Source of the DNA: Kiritimatiellia bacterium
GTDB taxonomy: Bacteria; Verrucomicrobiota; Kiritimatiellia; RFP12; UBA1067
Length of the DNA stretch: 64,000 nucleotides
Direction: 5' to 3'
Assembly (NCBI GenBank): GCA_050949565.1
Contig: JBMNFY010000017.1
Coordinates: 608,001-672,000, forward strand
Both the position numbers and the translations under genes were made by a program. Under the pieces are notes generated by a model. It was not told the origin of the DNA and did no database searches. It worked only from the letters and a program-made list of their open reading frames with translations. Below, in pieces: positions 18,948 through 28,717 of the stretch. Numbering within the stretch: position 1 is the stretch's first letter; each line of letters opens with the position of its first letter.

Positions 18948-20963
18948 TCACGAACGCCTGCGCTCAAGAACCATAGCGGTACGACAAGGTAAATAAATCT
19001 TGATGACAGAACACCGCTCGTTACCGCGCATTTCTGTCAACAGCCCGAACGTCTGCCCCGACTGGATGCGTCCCTGCCCGCCGAAGCGCGGCTCGTCGCT
19101 GTCCAAGACCAGCCGATAGGAACCGGGCGGCACCAAAACCGGGTAGTCTGACACCGAAGCCTCGCTGTGGAAATTGAAGAGGAAGATCAGCGGTCCGCGT
19201 TCAAAGACCAGAAGCTTGTCAGAGTCTGACACAAAGAGCCTGCGGGGGACGGTACCCTCAAGCGCCTCGCTCTCGCGAATCAGCCCAATCATCGCTTCGT
19301 CAAATTCGCCTAGGCACCAGTAGTACAGGTCAGGGTTGTCGCGCAATCCCCATTGACGGCGCGCGTAGTGATAGGAAAAACCGTTGCCCTCTCGTGGGAA
19401 GTCGATCCATTCGGGATGGCCGAACTCATTGCCCATGAAGTTGAGGTAGCCGTGACCGGAGGTCGCCAACGTGGCCAAGCGGGCGAGTTTGTGAAGCGCT
19501 ACACCGCGTTCGGTCTGGAGGTTGCTGGCCGTGCGCAACATAGCGTCGTAGATCGCGGCATCGACCAGTTGGAAGAAGAAGGTTTTGCCGCCGACCAGCG
19601 CCTGATCGTGGCTCTCCACATAATTGACGGTCTGCTCATCGGCGCGGCGGTTGGTTAATTCATGCCAGAGGTAACCGATACTCCAGTCCTCATCGCGTAT
19701 ATCGCGCACCAGCCGGAACCAGCACTCCGGCACGCCCATCGCCATGCGGTAATCGAAGCCAGCGCCACCGTCGTCGACCGGTGCCGCAAGGCCGGGCATG
19801 CCGCTCACGTCTTCGGCGATGGTGATGGCATCGGGACGCACCTCATGGATCACGCGGTTGGCGAGTGCACAGTAGACCCAAGCGTCCTCGTCAACAGTCG
19901 CATCAAAATACTGGCTGTAGTCCACAAAATCGACGCCCAGGCCATGATGCAGATAGAGCATGCTGGTGATACCGTCAAAACGGTAGCCGTCGATATGGAA
20001 CTCGTCCAACCAGTAGCGGCAATTGGAAAGCAGGAAATGGAGCACGTCGGTTTTGCCGTAATCGAAACAGCGAGAGTCCCAAGCGTCATGCCAACCCCGC
20101 ATACCGTCGTGGAAATATTGATACAGCGTGCCATCAAACCGCGACAGGCCATCCCGTTCGTTCTTGACGGCGTGCGAATGAACAATGTCCATGATCACCG
20201 CGATACCGGCTTCGTGCGCCGCATCGACCAGCGCCTTGAACGACTCTGGCGTGCCGAACCGCGAAGAGCAGGCGAAGAAGCTCGAAACATGATAGCCAAA
20301 CGAGCCGTAGTAGGGATGCTCCATCACCGCCATGATCTGGATAGTGTTGTACCCGGCACGCACGATGCGCGGCAAAACATTTTCGCGGAATTCGTCGAAA
20401 GTACCGACACCCAACTTGTCTTGGGCCATGCCGATATGCGTCTCGTAGATCAGCGGTACGCGCTGAGGCACCGTGAACGACGGCACACGCCAGACATACG
20501 GCGGCGGTTCCCAAACCTGCGCGGCAAAGAGCAGTGTGTCCGGGTCTTGGATGACCCGTCGCGCATAGGCCGGAATGCGTTCGCCGCGTCCACCCTCCCA
20601 CGCCATTTCCAACCGGTAGCATTGGCCGTGGCACAAGGCATCCGCCGGCAGCCGCACCTCCCAGACATCGCGCCCCGGAAGCCGGTTCAGGCGAAATGTA
20701 TCGCGCACCTGCCACTCTGAAAAATCACCCACGAGCCAGATGGAGGTCGCGTTGGGCGCCCATTCACGGAAAACCCAGCCATCCTCGGCGCGGTGCAATC
20801 CGTAGTACTCGTGGGCACAGGCGAACTCTGCAAGCGACCCCGGCGCTGACGCAAGTTCGGCGGCCCGTTGCTCGGCCTTATCAGCGCGCCTGCGGATGAT
20901 CTCGGCGTACGGCGCGAGATAGGGATCGTCCAGCAGACGCGCACGTGAAGCCGACACAGCCAT
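18948..20963 (-). CDS. glgB: 1,4-alpha-glucan branching enzyme (GH13)
   Basis: FREWAPNA, EHPYYGSFGYHV, DIVHSH, GYRFDGITSM, IAEDVSG, ESHDQ, NFMGNEFGHPEW. Confidence 0.95.
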   Translation of the reverse strand: MAVSASRARLLDDPYLAPYAEIIRRRADKAEQRAAELASAPGSLAEFACAHEYYGLHRAEDGWVFREWAPNATSIWLVGDFSEWQVRDTFRLNRLPGRDVWEVRLPADALCHGQCYRLEMAWEGGRGERIPAYARRVIQDPDTLLFAAQVWEPPPYVWRVPSFTVPQRVPLIYETHIGMAQDKLGVGTFDEFRENVLPRIVRAGYNTIQIMAVMEHPYYGSFGYHVSSFFACSSRFGTPESFKALVDAAHEAGIAVIMDIVHSHAVKNERDGLSRFDGTLYQYFHDGMRGWHDAWDSRCFDYGKTDVLHFLLSNCRYWLDEFHIDGYRFDGITSMLYLHHGLGVDFVDYSQYFDATVDEDAWVYCALANRVIHEVRPDAITIAEDVSGMPGLAAPVDDGGAGFDYRMAMGVPECWFRLVRDIRDEDWSIGYLWHELTNRRADEQTVNYVESHDQALVGGKTFFFQLVDAAIYDAMLRTASNLQTERGVALHKLARLATLATSGHGYLNFMGNEFGHPEWIDFPREGNGFSYHYARRQWGLRDNPDLYYWCLGEFDEAMIGLIRESEALEGTVPRRLFVSDSDKLLVFERGPLIFLFNFHSEASVSDYPVLVPPGSYRLVLDSDEPRFGGQGRIQSGQTFGLLTEMRGNERCSVIKIYLPCRTAMVLERRRS

Positions 20964-20998
20964 AACCTGATCTCCTTAATTCGGGGTAAACGTTGACC

Positions 20999-22591
20999 TC
21001 ACGCGAACGAACGCACCAACGAACGCTTGAGCATCTTCTCGTAGATGTCGATGTAGCTTTTCGCGCAGGTCTCGTGGTTGAACCGAGCGAGTCCTTCACG
21101 CATCACCCGCGTGATCTGCGCCTCACGATCTTCCGCCGGCCTGCTGTAGAACTCCATCGCCCTATTCATCGCCCACTCCAGCCCGTTACTACCGTAGACC
21201 TTGAAGACGAAACCGTTACCGGTACCGGCCGCCGCATCGATGTGCTCAACCGTATCGTGCAACCCGCCAGTGTCATGCACCACCGGTAGCGATCCATAGA
21301 GTTGCCCCACCATCTGCGGCAACCCGCACGGCTCGAAGAGCGACGGCACCAGCGTGAAGTCCGAGGCCGCATAACCAAGTTGTGAGAGCCCCTGATTGAA
21401 ATCGCATACCGCCAGACGCCCGTAGAGGTCGTGGAAGCGCAGGATATCGTAAAAGGGCTGTTGGAAAGCACCGTTCGCTACGATGGCGATCTGCACGCGA
21501 CGCCGCCAGTGACGCGCCAAGAAGCGGTAGAGAATGTCGGCCAAAAGCTGCGGTCCCTTTTGAGCGGGATCGAGCCGTGACGGCCAGAAAAAGAGCGGCA
21601 CATCGGGGTCCTCCTCCAGCCCCACCTTGTGCTGAAACGCGACTTTGTTGGCGCGCTTGGCCTCGCGGTGCGTCTCGGGCGTATAATTGACTTCGAGGTT
21701 GGAATCGGTCTCTGGATTGTCCCCGGTGTCCGGCGCGTTCAAGATGCCCACCGCACAACCGGCACGGTCCTTGTTGCGAATCTCCTCGCGCAATGCTCCC
21801 GGAATAAAGTCGTGCCAGCCATTGACGATCTCCTTGAGGAAAGTTGGACTGACCGTATTGATAAAGTGCGCGGCGAAAACACCGCTGGCCTGCATGTCAA
21901 CCGGGTTGGTGTTACGCGATTCCTCGTAGTTGTACGGCTCGCGTTTGTAGTAAAGGTTGTTCCAGAACTCGGCCGCGTCAATACCCGAGTCCTCGATCTG
22001 CGCCAGCGTCAGGTGGTGCGTGTGGATGTTGTGCACCGTGAAGAGGCAAGGAATGCCCATGCGCCGCGCTGCGGCGGGGATCAGCCCTGTCATCCAGTCG
22101 TTGCAGTGGATCAGGTCGGGTTGCACCGTCGGGATGATGTTGTTGATCACCTCGCGCGAAAAAACCAGCGCCAGCTTGGGGTTTTCGTCCTGGGATTGAC
22201 TATAGACCGTATCACGGTAGTAAAAGCAACGGTCCTCAGCCAGATGGATACGGCTATCGGGCAGACGGCTTTTGTAGACGCGCAGTTCATCGCTGATCAA
22301 CTGGCCGACCTCCACGTGAAACATGCGCCGGTAGTGCGGCAACGCCACGTGTACATCGGCGCCAAGATCAAACAGCGCCGCCACCAGCGACGCCGAAACG
22401 TCCGCCAGACCGCCAGCCTTGGCGTTCAGCTTACACGCCATATTGCCCATGCCGGCCGGCAGATAAGTAATCTCCGGCGTAACGATCAGGATCCGCGGTT
22501 TTCGACTGCTCACAACAACATTGTCAGTGCCATCGACGACACCGTTGCCGTTGCTGTTACCATTGCCATTATTCTTCTTTTGTTTCGACAT
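20999..22591 (-). CDS. glgA: Glycogen synthase (GT5)
   Basis: KAGGLADV, HCNDW, TVHN, TVSP, PSLFEPCGL, TGGLHDTV. Confidence 0.93.
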   Translation of the reverse strand: MSKQKKNNGNGNSNGNGVVDGTDNVVVSSRKPRILIVTPEITYLPAGMGNMACKLNAKAGGLADVSASLVAALFDLGADVHVALPHYRRMFHVEVGQLISDELRVYKSRLPDSRIHLAEDRCFYYRDTVYSQSQDENPKLALVFSREVINNIIPTVQPDLIHCNDWMTGLIPAAARRMGIPCLFTVHNIHTHHLTLAQIEDSGIDAAEFWNNLYYKREPYNYEESRNTNPVDMQASGVFAAHFINTVSPTFLKEIVNGWHDFIPGALREEIRNKDRAGCAVGILNAPDTGDNPETDSNLEVNYTPETHREAKRANKVAFQHKVGLEEDPDVPLFFWPSRLDPAQKGPQLLADILYRFLARHWRRRVQIAIVANGAFQQPFYDILRFHDLYGRLAVCDFNQGLSQLGYAASDFTLVPSLFEPCGLPQMVGQLYGSLPVVHDTGGLHDTVEHIDAAAGTGNGFVFKVYGSNGLEWAMNRAMEFYSRPAEDREAQITRVMREGLARFNHETCAKSYIDIYEKMLKRSLVRSFA

Positions 22592-22634
22592 GCGTCACAC
22601 CTTTCTCACACGCCCCAAGGCAAAACCGGCCGTA

Positions 22635-23042
22635 TCACCGTGTCGGCTCTACCACCGCTTTCACCTTATCGGACAACTCGCTGATGCGCTGCCGCTCCTG
22701 CTCAAGTTTCGCGTTTTTCTCCTGCAATGCCGGCAGAGCCATGACCTTTTTTCTCAACTCGATCTGCGTGCGCGACAACTCATCTTGCAACTCCTGACAC
22801 CGCTTGCGCAACGCCTCAATCTCAGGCGACGTATGCGTCGTGTCGTTCACCGCCCGGTTCAACTCGCCTTCCAACCGGTGCGCCGTAATCATCCGTTCGG
22901 CGCGTTCTGCCATCCAGTCGTTCAATTGCTTTTTCTGCACCTCGGTGAGCTTGGAAAGGTCCTGCGCCACCAGCAGGCCGACCGCGCCGATCAGGCACGC
23001 CGCCACCATGCATGTCAACTTTACTACTCGCATCGCGCGCAT
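22635..23042 (-). CDS. Small secreted coiled-coil hypothetical protein
   Basis: GGAG RBS, signal peptide, charged heptad-like helices. Confidence 0.7.
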   Translation of the reverse strand: MRAMRVVKLTCMVAACLIGAVGLLVAQDLSKLTEVQKKQLNDWMAERAERMITAHRLEGELNRAVNDTTHTSPEIEALRKRCQELQDELSRTQIELRKKVMALPALQEKNAKLEQERQRISELSDKVKAVVEPTR

Positions 23043-23115
23043 AGCTACTCCTACTTCTGTATTCGATGTCTGGACGCAGTATATGGGAAAGGGCCGGTTT
23101 ATGCAACACATGCCG

Positions 23116-23751
23116 TCAGCGAAATCCCGCCAATTTGTGCGTTTGGAGCGAAAGCAGCCACTTTTTCGTGCGCCGCCCCCGATTCAGGCGTCCCAGCAAG
23201 CGCACGGTGTCGGCCGTATTAACCTCCCCGGCACGGTCACAGGGCGACAGGAAATAGTGCGCCGCCTCGATCCGGTCGCGCATATTCTCGCAAAAAGCCT
23301 GGACATCGCCATCCACCACAATGCGCACTTCATCGGCTTGCCGCACCATCTGCTCGTCGTCGTAAAGTTCAGCGTAGAGCGCCTTAGGCGACACCGCCAG
23401 ATAGTCGATATGCCGCCGCCACGGCTCAAGCGGCGCGATCAAACCATTTGTCTCAAGGGCTATCCAATAGCCCAACGACTTGAACCGCTCCAGCAGCCCG
23501 CCCAGCCCCGCGTGGATCAACGGTTCGCCGCCGGTGATGATCAGCGTCTTACAGGCAAACGCCGCCACCCGCTCAACCACCTCATCTTCGCTGAGCGTCT
23601 CAAAGCGATCGAAAACGGTATCGCACCACGGGCATGCCAAATTGCAACCGCCCAGACGCAGGAAGACAGCCGGCATCCCGGTGTTGTACCCCTCGCCCTG
23701 TAGCGACTCAAAGATCTCGACAACCTGTATCCCGTCCGCATCCTGCGTCAT
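23116..23751 (-). CDS. queE: 7-carboxy-7-deazaguanine synthase (radical SAM)
   Basis: EIFESLQGEG, GCNLACPWCDT, TGGEP, ETNG, LSLQTHK. Confidence 0.95.
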   Translation of the reverse strand: MTQDADGIQVVEIFESLQGEGYNTGMPAVFLRLGGCNLACPWCDTVFDRFETLSEDEVVERVAAFACKTLIITGGEPLIHAGLGGLLERFKSLGYWIALETNGLIAPLEPWRRHIDYLAVSPKALYAELYDDEQMVRQADEVRIVVDGDVQAFCENMRDRIEAAHYFLSPCDRAGEVNTADTVRLLGRLNRGRRTKKWLLSLQTHKLAGFR

Positions 23752-24173
23752 GGACATTCTCCCGCACCACGACGGTACTCCGCGCACGATTCGGGCGTCT
23801 CCAGCACCTTGACCGACGTCACGTTCACGCGGTCGGCAAGTACATCATAAAAATAACGCGCCAGATTTTCGGACGTGGAGCGGAACGGCAACCCCACGCT
23901 TTTCATACCATGCTTGGCGATCACTGCCGCAATTTCACACTCGCTTTCACTGGTCTCGTCGTAAATGAAGGCGTGATCAAAGCGCTCCACAATCACATCG
24001 CGGATCACCTGCTTGAGATCCTTAAAATCGATCACCATGTCACGTCCGTCATCCTCCCCGGACACCTCCACGATTACGCGGTAAGTATGCCCGTGAAGAT
24101 TACGGCACTGACCCGCATGGTGCGTCAACACATGCGCCGCATCAAACTGGCATTGCTTGGACACCGTCAGCAT
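23748..24173 (-). CDS. queD: 6-carboxytetrahydropterin synthase
   Basis: FDAAH, CRNLHGHTY, MVIDF, FDH, STSENLA, ETP. Confidence 0.95.
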   Translation of the reverse strand: MLTVSKQCQFDAAHVLTHHAGQCRNLHGHTYRVIVEVSGEDDGRDMVIDFKDLKQVIRDVIVERFDHAFIYDETSESECEIAAVIAKHGMKSVGLPFRSTSENLARYFYDVLADRVNVTSVKVLETPESCAEYRRGAGECP

Positions 24174-24186
24174 GACTTCAACTCCT

Positions 24187-24310
24187 CGCCTATAACTTGA
24201 GCGTTGAGCGTTGAGCGTTGAGCGTTTTTTTAACGCAGAACTCAGAACGCAGAACACCGAACTCCGAAGCGGAAAATTCCCAAATCCTAACTCCTAAATC
24301 CTAAATCCTG
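24187..24310. repeat. Heptamer arrays TTGAGCG x4, CAGAAC-type and CCTAAAT-type
   Basis: Directly visible; inverted copy of the 1913-2028 element followed by a CCTAAAT array also present at 28641-28663. Confidence 0.85.
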
Positions 24311-24983
24311 ACTCTTCCCTCTTCCGACACATCCGATACGCCTCATACCCACGGCGGCGCAACTCGCAGCTCGGGCATACCCCGCAACCGGCTCCGATCA
24401 CGCCGTTGTAGCAGGTCAACGTATGCTCCGCCACGTACTCCAGCACACCTAGACTATCGGCCAGCGCCCACGTCTCTTCCTTGGTCAACCCCATCAGCGG
24501 CGTGAGCACCCGAAACGGGTAGTCCATCGCCAGATTCAGCGTCTCATTGCACGATTTCACAAACACATCCCGGCAGTCGGGATATCCACTGTAGTCCGTC
24601 TCGCTGACGCCGATAATCAAATCGCGGATGTCGCGGCTCTTGGCATAGATCGCAGCAACCAGCAGAAAGAGCATGTTGCGTCCGTCCACCACGGTGTTCG
24701 GACACGCCGCGCCCTCCGCCTGATGGATCTCCGTCGCCGGATCTAGCAGCGCGTTGTTCGTGATCTGGCTGTACCATGCCAGATCAATCACCCGGTGCTC
24801 GGACACGCCGAAATGCTCCGCCACCGCACGCGCCACCGCAACCTCGCGCGCGTGCCGCTGCCCGTATTGGAACGTGATGCACGAGACCGCCGCAGCGCCG
24901 CGCATCTGCACGGCCTGCGCCAGGCAGGTCGTGCTGTCCTGTCCACCCGACAAAATCACCAATGCCCTATCGTTCCTCATCAT
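24294..24983 (-). CDS. queC: 7-cyano-7-deazaguanine synthase
   Basis: SGGQDSTT, YGQRH, GRN, YSGYPDCR, TCY...CGVCPSC. Confidence 0.96.
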   Translation of the reverse strand: MMRNDRALVILSGGQDSTTCLAQAVQMRGAAAVSCITFQYGQRHAREVAVARAVAEHFGVSEHRVIDLAWYSQITNNALLDPATEIHQAEGAACPNTVVDGRNMLFLLVAAIYAKSRDIRDLIIGVSETDYSGYPDCRDVFVKSCNETLNLAMDYPFRVLTPLMGLTKEETWALADSLGVLEYVAEHTLTCYNGVIGAGCGVCPSCELRRRGYEAYRMCRKREESGFRI

Positions 24984-24995
24984 GACACCCCATGA

Positions 24996-25203
24996 AAAAC
25001 GCAGAGACGCGGAGACGCGGAGACGCAGAGGTTTTTACGGGACGGCGTCGCGACTGCAAGTCTGGTGCAAAGTGTGTCTCCGCGCACAGCGCGGAGGGAA
25101 AGCGGTGCCGCGACCCGCGCACAGCGCGGCTCTTGTCACCGCACTCCAAGTTTTTCCGCCGCACCATGCGCGGCAAAACAATCATGTTAATCATGTTAAT
25201 CCT
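24996..25203. repeat. Mosaic repeat, copy 1 (8-mer array, REP-like hairpins, 9-mer array)
   Basis: Near-identical to 25821-25882 plus 26074-26204. Confidence 0.9.
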
Positions 25204-25694
25204 AGTTGGACGGCACCGGCCCGCAACCCGGAATGGGCGGCAAAGCGCTTTTCGGCCAGCGCGGCGTACGTGGTACCGGACCGGCCGTAGTTCACGTAGG
25301 GATCGATCGAGATGCCGCCGCGCGGCGTGAATCGTCCCAACACCTCGATATACTTGGGTGCCATCAACGCACGTAGGTCTTTGAGAATCACGTTCACGCA
25401 ATCTTCATGGAAATCGCCATGGTTGCGGAAACTGAAGAGATAGAGCTTGAGCGACTTGCTCTCCACCAGTCGCTCGTCCGGAATATACTGGATCGTCAGG
25501 GTCGCGAAGTCCGGCTGTCCAGTGACCGGACAAAGTGTGGTGAACTCCGGACAGGTGAAGGTCACCCAGTAGTCGGTGTCAGTGTGCTTGTTGGCAAACG
25601 TCTCCAGCAACGCGGGATCGTAACGGTCGGCGTATGCCGTCCCGCTACTGCCCAGTTGGGTCACACCCTGCAACTCTTCTTTTGTTCGGCTCAT
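25191..25694 (-). CDS. queF: PreQ0 reductase (short, Bacillus-type QueF)
   Basis: [46 protein letters not shown]. Confidence 0.97.
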   Translation of the reverse strand: MSRTKEELQGVTQLGSSGTAYADRYDPALLETFANKHTDTDYWVTFTCPEFTTLCPVTGQPDFATLTIQYIPDERLVESKSLKLYLFSFRNHGDFHEDCVNVILKDLRALMAPKYIEVLGRFTPRGGISIDPYVNYGRSGTTYAALAEKRFAAHSGLRAGAVQLGLT

Positions 25695-25774
25695 AATCGC
25701 TCCTGTTGGCTCGTTTCATTATCGGTTAGTGACGAGGGCACGCGAGTTGAGCGCGTGTTGCGTGCCTGGCGCAC

Positions 25775-26215
25775 GAGCGCGGGCGTCCCCGCCCGCAGAG
25801 AGTTGAGCGTTGAAAGTTTTTTAACGCAGAGACGCGAAGGCGCAGAGGTTTTTACGGGACGGCATCGTGACTGCAAGTCTGGCAAGAGAATTTGGATTGC
25901 GGCGGCAAGCGGTATTCCACGCGACGCCGCTTTTTGAGCATGAGTGCAACGGCAAGATGTGTGCAAACGCGGCGCCGCGAGCCGTAAATAGCTTGTCTTC
26001 GTCGAAACACTTCGTCGCTGGCTCAATCGACTAGGTGTGGCGACTAAGTGTATTCGACTAAGTGCGGGGACTAAGTGTATCTCCGCGCACAGCGCGGAGG
26101 GAAAGCGGTGCCGCGACCCGCGCACAGCGCGGCTCTTGTCACCGCACTCCAAATTTTTCCGCCACGCCGTGCGCGGCACAGCAATCATGTTAATCATGTT
26201 AATCATGTCAAAAAA
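25775..26215. repeat. Mosaic repeat, copy 2, with extra inserted modules
   Basis: Same modules as 24996-25203 plus a REP-like unit at 25891-25935 (also 60402-60446) and GACTA(A/G)GTG x4 at 13-14 bp period. Confidence 0.9.
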
Positions 26216-26243
26216 ATCAGAAACGCATGACCTTCGCACATCC

Positions 26244-28628
26244 CTATCGCCGACCAATTACCTCGTTCTCATTATCCCGTTTCGTGTCCGTGATTTCAAT
26301 AGCGTTTTCCGGACAGGCCTGATGACAGATGCCACAGCGCGTGCAGAGCGCGGAATCAATCTCAGCGCGCTCCAGCGGCGTGAAGGCGATCGCCTCGACC
26401 GGACAGTTCTGCGCGCAGAGCGTGCATCCGATGCAACGCGACGTCACGCGGTACACAATCAGCGCGCGGCATTTACGCGCCGGGCAGACGCCGCGCACAT
26501 GCGCGTCATACTCCGCACGGAAATAGCGCAACGTCGAAAGCACGGGGTTCGGCGCGGTTCGTCCCAATCCACACAGGCTGCCGTCGCGCACCGTACGGGC
26601 GAGGCGTTCAAGCCGCGCAACATCGTCAGCATCTCCCCGCCCTTCGCAGAGCCGATCCAAAATCTCCAGCATGCGCCGCGTACCGATGCGGCAGCCCGTA
26701 CACCGCCCGCACGACTCAAGCTGCGTGAACGCCAAAAAGTAACGCGCGATATCCACCATGCAGTCGGTGTCATCCAGCACCACCATGCCGCCCGACCCCA
26801 TCATACCGCCCGCCTGCACCAACGCCTCGAAATCCACCGGCCTGTCGGCCTGGGCCGCCGGCAGACAGCCGCCGGACGGACCGCCCACCTGCACCGCTTT
26901 GAGTGCACGGCCCTCGCCAACGCCCCCGCCAATGCGCGTGACGATCTCGCCCAGCGAGAGCCCCATCGGCACCTCGACCAGTCCGCCGCGCGCAATCTTG
27001 CCGGCCAGCGCAAAGGTCTTGGTGCCCGCGTTGCCGGACGTGCCCACCGCACGGAACGCCTCAGCGCCGTGCCGCACGATCCACGGCACCGTCGCCAACG
27101 TCTCGACGTTATTGACCAGGGTCGGACACGCCCGGAACCCGCGTTCTGCCGGATACGGCGGACGCTGCCGCGGCACACCTCGGCACCCCTCCAGACTCGC
27201 CAGCAGCGCGGTTTCCTCGCCGCACACAAACGCCCCCGCTCCCTCGACCACACGCAGCGCGAGACGCCGTCCGTCGCGCAGCGTCAACCAGCCCTGCTGC
27301 TCCAGTTCCTCAATCGCGGCGCGGATACGGCTCACCGCCAACGGATACTCGTGGCGGATGTAAAGGATCCCTTCACAGGCACCGACAGCATGCAGGGCAA
27401 TCAGCATTCCCTCCAACACGCGGAACGGATAGGACTCGAGCAGCATACGATCCATGAACGCACCGGGATCGCCCTCGTCGCCGTTGCAGACCACATACGC
27501 CGTCTGCGTGCCGCTCGCCGCGCGTGCCTGCGCGACCGCCCGCCACTTGCGCCCCGTGGGGAAGCCGCCGCCGCCGCGCCCGCGCAGTCCGGCGGCATCG
27601 ATCATGTCGATCACCTCTTCCGGCGTCAGCGCATCGCGGCAACGCTCCAGCGCCGTGAAGCCGCCGCGCCCGCGGTAGTCCGCATAATCCAGCGGCGGCC
27701 ACTCACCCGCACCTTCGGTGGCGATACGCTGCTGACTCAGCCAATAACTGGCGTCCGCTTGATCACGCACACTCAGCGGGAAGCGGACCGGCGGATCATC
27801 TCCCTCCCCCGCAAAGGCCTGTTCCGCCCAGGCGCGTACCGTCGCCTGTACACGCGCCGCGAGATGTGTCGGCTTGACGTGCGCCAGCAGGATCGACTCG
27901 ACATCTCTGGGACGCACACGCCCGTAGCGGAAGCGACGTCCGTCGTCCAGCGCGACTTCAAGCAGCGGAGCATGGAACGAACCGCCCGTGCAACTGACCT
28001 CACGCACCGCAACCGGCAAGCGGCGTTCGCGCGCCACCCGCCGCACCTCGCTCAACACGGCGTCCGCCCCGGCTGCGGCGCAACTCGAGCAGGCGCAGAG
28101 CCGCACCATGGCACCCAGATGATCGGATTCGCTCTCCGCCGCAGCGTCGCCGACCCGTTGCTCGCCAGCCCGCACATCAGCCAGCACCGCCCGGACACGC
28201 GCCGGCGTCACATGGCCATAGATCGTGCGGTCGACCTGCACCGCCACCGCCAGCATACAGCATCCCAGGCAGGCCACCTTCTCCACCGTGAATTCACCCT
28301 GCGCGTCGGTATCCTCGCCCGACGCAATTCCCAGTTCGCGGCAGAAGGCTTCGTAGGTGCGATCCGCGCCCTTCACATGACAAGCCGTGCCGATACACAC
28401 CTTGATGGTGTGCCGACCGACCGGGCGGAGACGGAACTGCCCGTAAAAGGTGGCGACGCCCGTCACCTCGGCCTCGCTCACACCAAGCTGTTGCGCCACC
28501 GCAGCGAGTGCTTCAGCCGACAGATAGCCCTCCTCATCCTGCACCGCCTGCAACACTGGGATCAACTGCTCGCGTCCACTTCCCACGCAACGCGCAAGCT
28601 GCTCTATACGCTCTCTTGTCACGCGCAT
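26244..28628 (-). CDS. Fused NuoE-NuoF (HydC-HydB-like) Fe-S flavoprotein
   Basis: N-terminal CIGTAC...CLGCC; GLRGRGGGGFPTG, NGDEGDPGAFMDR, FVCGEET, GGPSGG, ESCGRCTGCR; C-terminal 2x CxxCxxCxxxCP. Confidence 0.92.
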   Translation of the reverse strand: MRVTRERIEQLARCVGSGREQLIPVLQAVQDEEGYLSAEALAAVAQQLGVSEAEVTGVATFYGQFRLRPVGRHTIKVCIGTACHVKGADRTYEAFCRELGIASGEDTDAQGEFTVEKVACLGCCMLAVAVQVDRTIYGHVTPARVRAVLADVRAGEQRVGDAAAESESDHLGAMVRLCACSSCAAAGADAVLSEVRRVARERRLPVAVREVSCTGGSFHAPLLEVALDDGRRFRYGRVRPRDVESILLAHVKPTHLAARVQATVRAWAEQAFAGEGDDPPVRFPLSVRDQADASYWLSQQRIATEGAGEWPPLDYADYRGRGGFTALERCRDALTPEEVIDMIDAAGLRGRGGGGFPTGRKWRAVAQARAASGTQTAYVVCNGDEGDPGAFMDRMLLESYPFRVLEGMLIALHAVGACEGILYIRHEYPLAVSRIRAAIEELEQQGWLTLRDGRRLALRVVEGAGAFVCGEETALLASLEGCRGVPRQRPPYPAERGFRACPTLVNNVETLATVPWIVRHGAEAFRAVGTSGNAGTKTFALAGKIARGGLVEVPMGLSLGEIVTRIGGGVGEGRALKAVQVGGPSGGCLPAAQADRPVDFEALVQAGGMMGSGGMVVLDDTDCMVDIARYFLAFTQLESCGRCTGCRIGTRRMLEILDRLCEGRGDADDVARLERLARTVRDGSLCGLGRTAPNPVLSTLRYFRAEYDAHVRGVCPARKCRALIVYRVTSRCIGCTLCAQNCPVEAIAFTPLERAEIDSALCTRCGICHQACPENAIEITDTKRDNENEVIGRR

Positions 28629-28717
28629 GATCTTAACAAAAACTCCTAAATCCTAAATCCTAAAGAACGGTTGCTTGATTCCCGCAGTAAACGCTATCAT
28701 GACCGAAACGAAAGCGA

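Noticed and set aside
23116-25694. 7-deazaguanine DNA modification (dpd) system
   Set aside because: No dpdA/tgt-like gene nearby, and queF points to ordinary queuosine synthesis
25695-26240. PreQ1 riboswitch upstream of queF
   Set aside because: No short stem plus A-rich tail consensus found; most hairpins belong to dispersed repeats
25691-26257. ORFs across repeat mosaics (also 37618-38118 and 60306-60776)
   Set aside because: Translations of non-coding repeats with no protein-like features
26037-28649. 870-aa plus-strand ORF, and similar long antisense ORFs such as 60941-62884 and 17554-18996
   Set aside because: Shadows of well-supported opposite-strand genes in GC-rich DNA; no motifs
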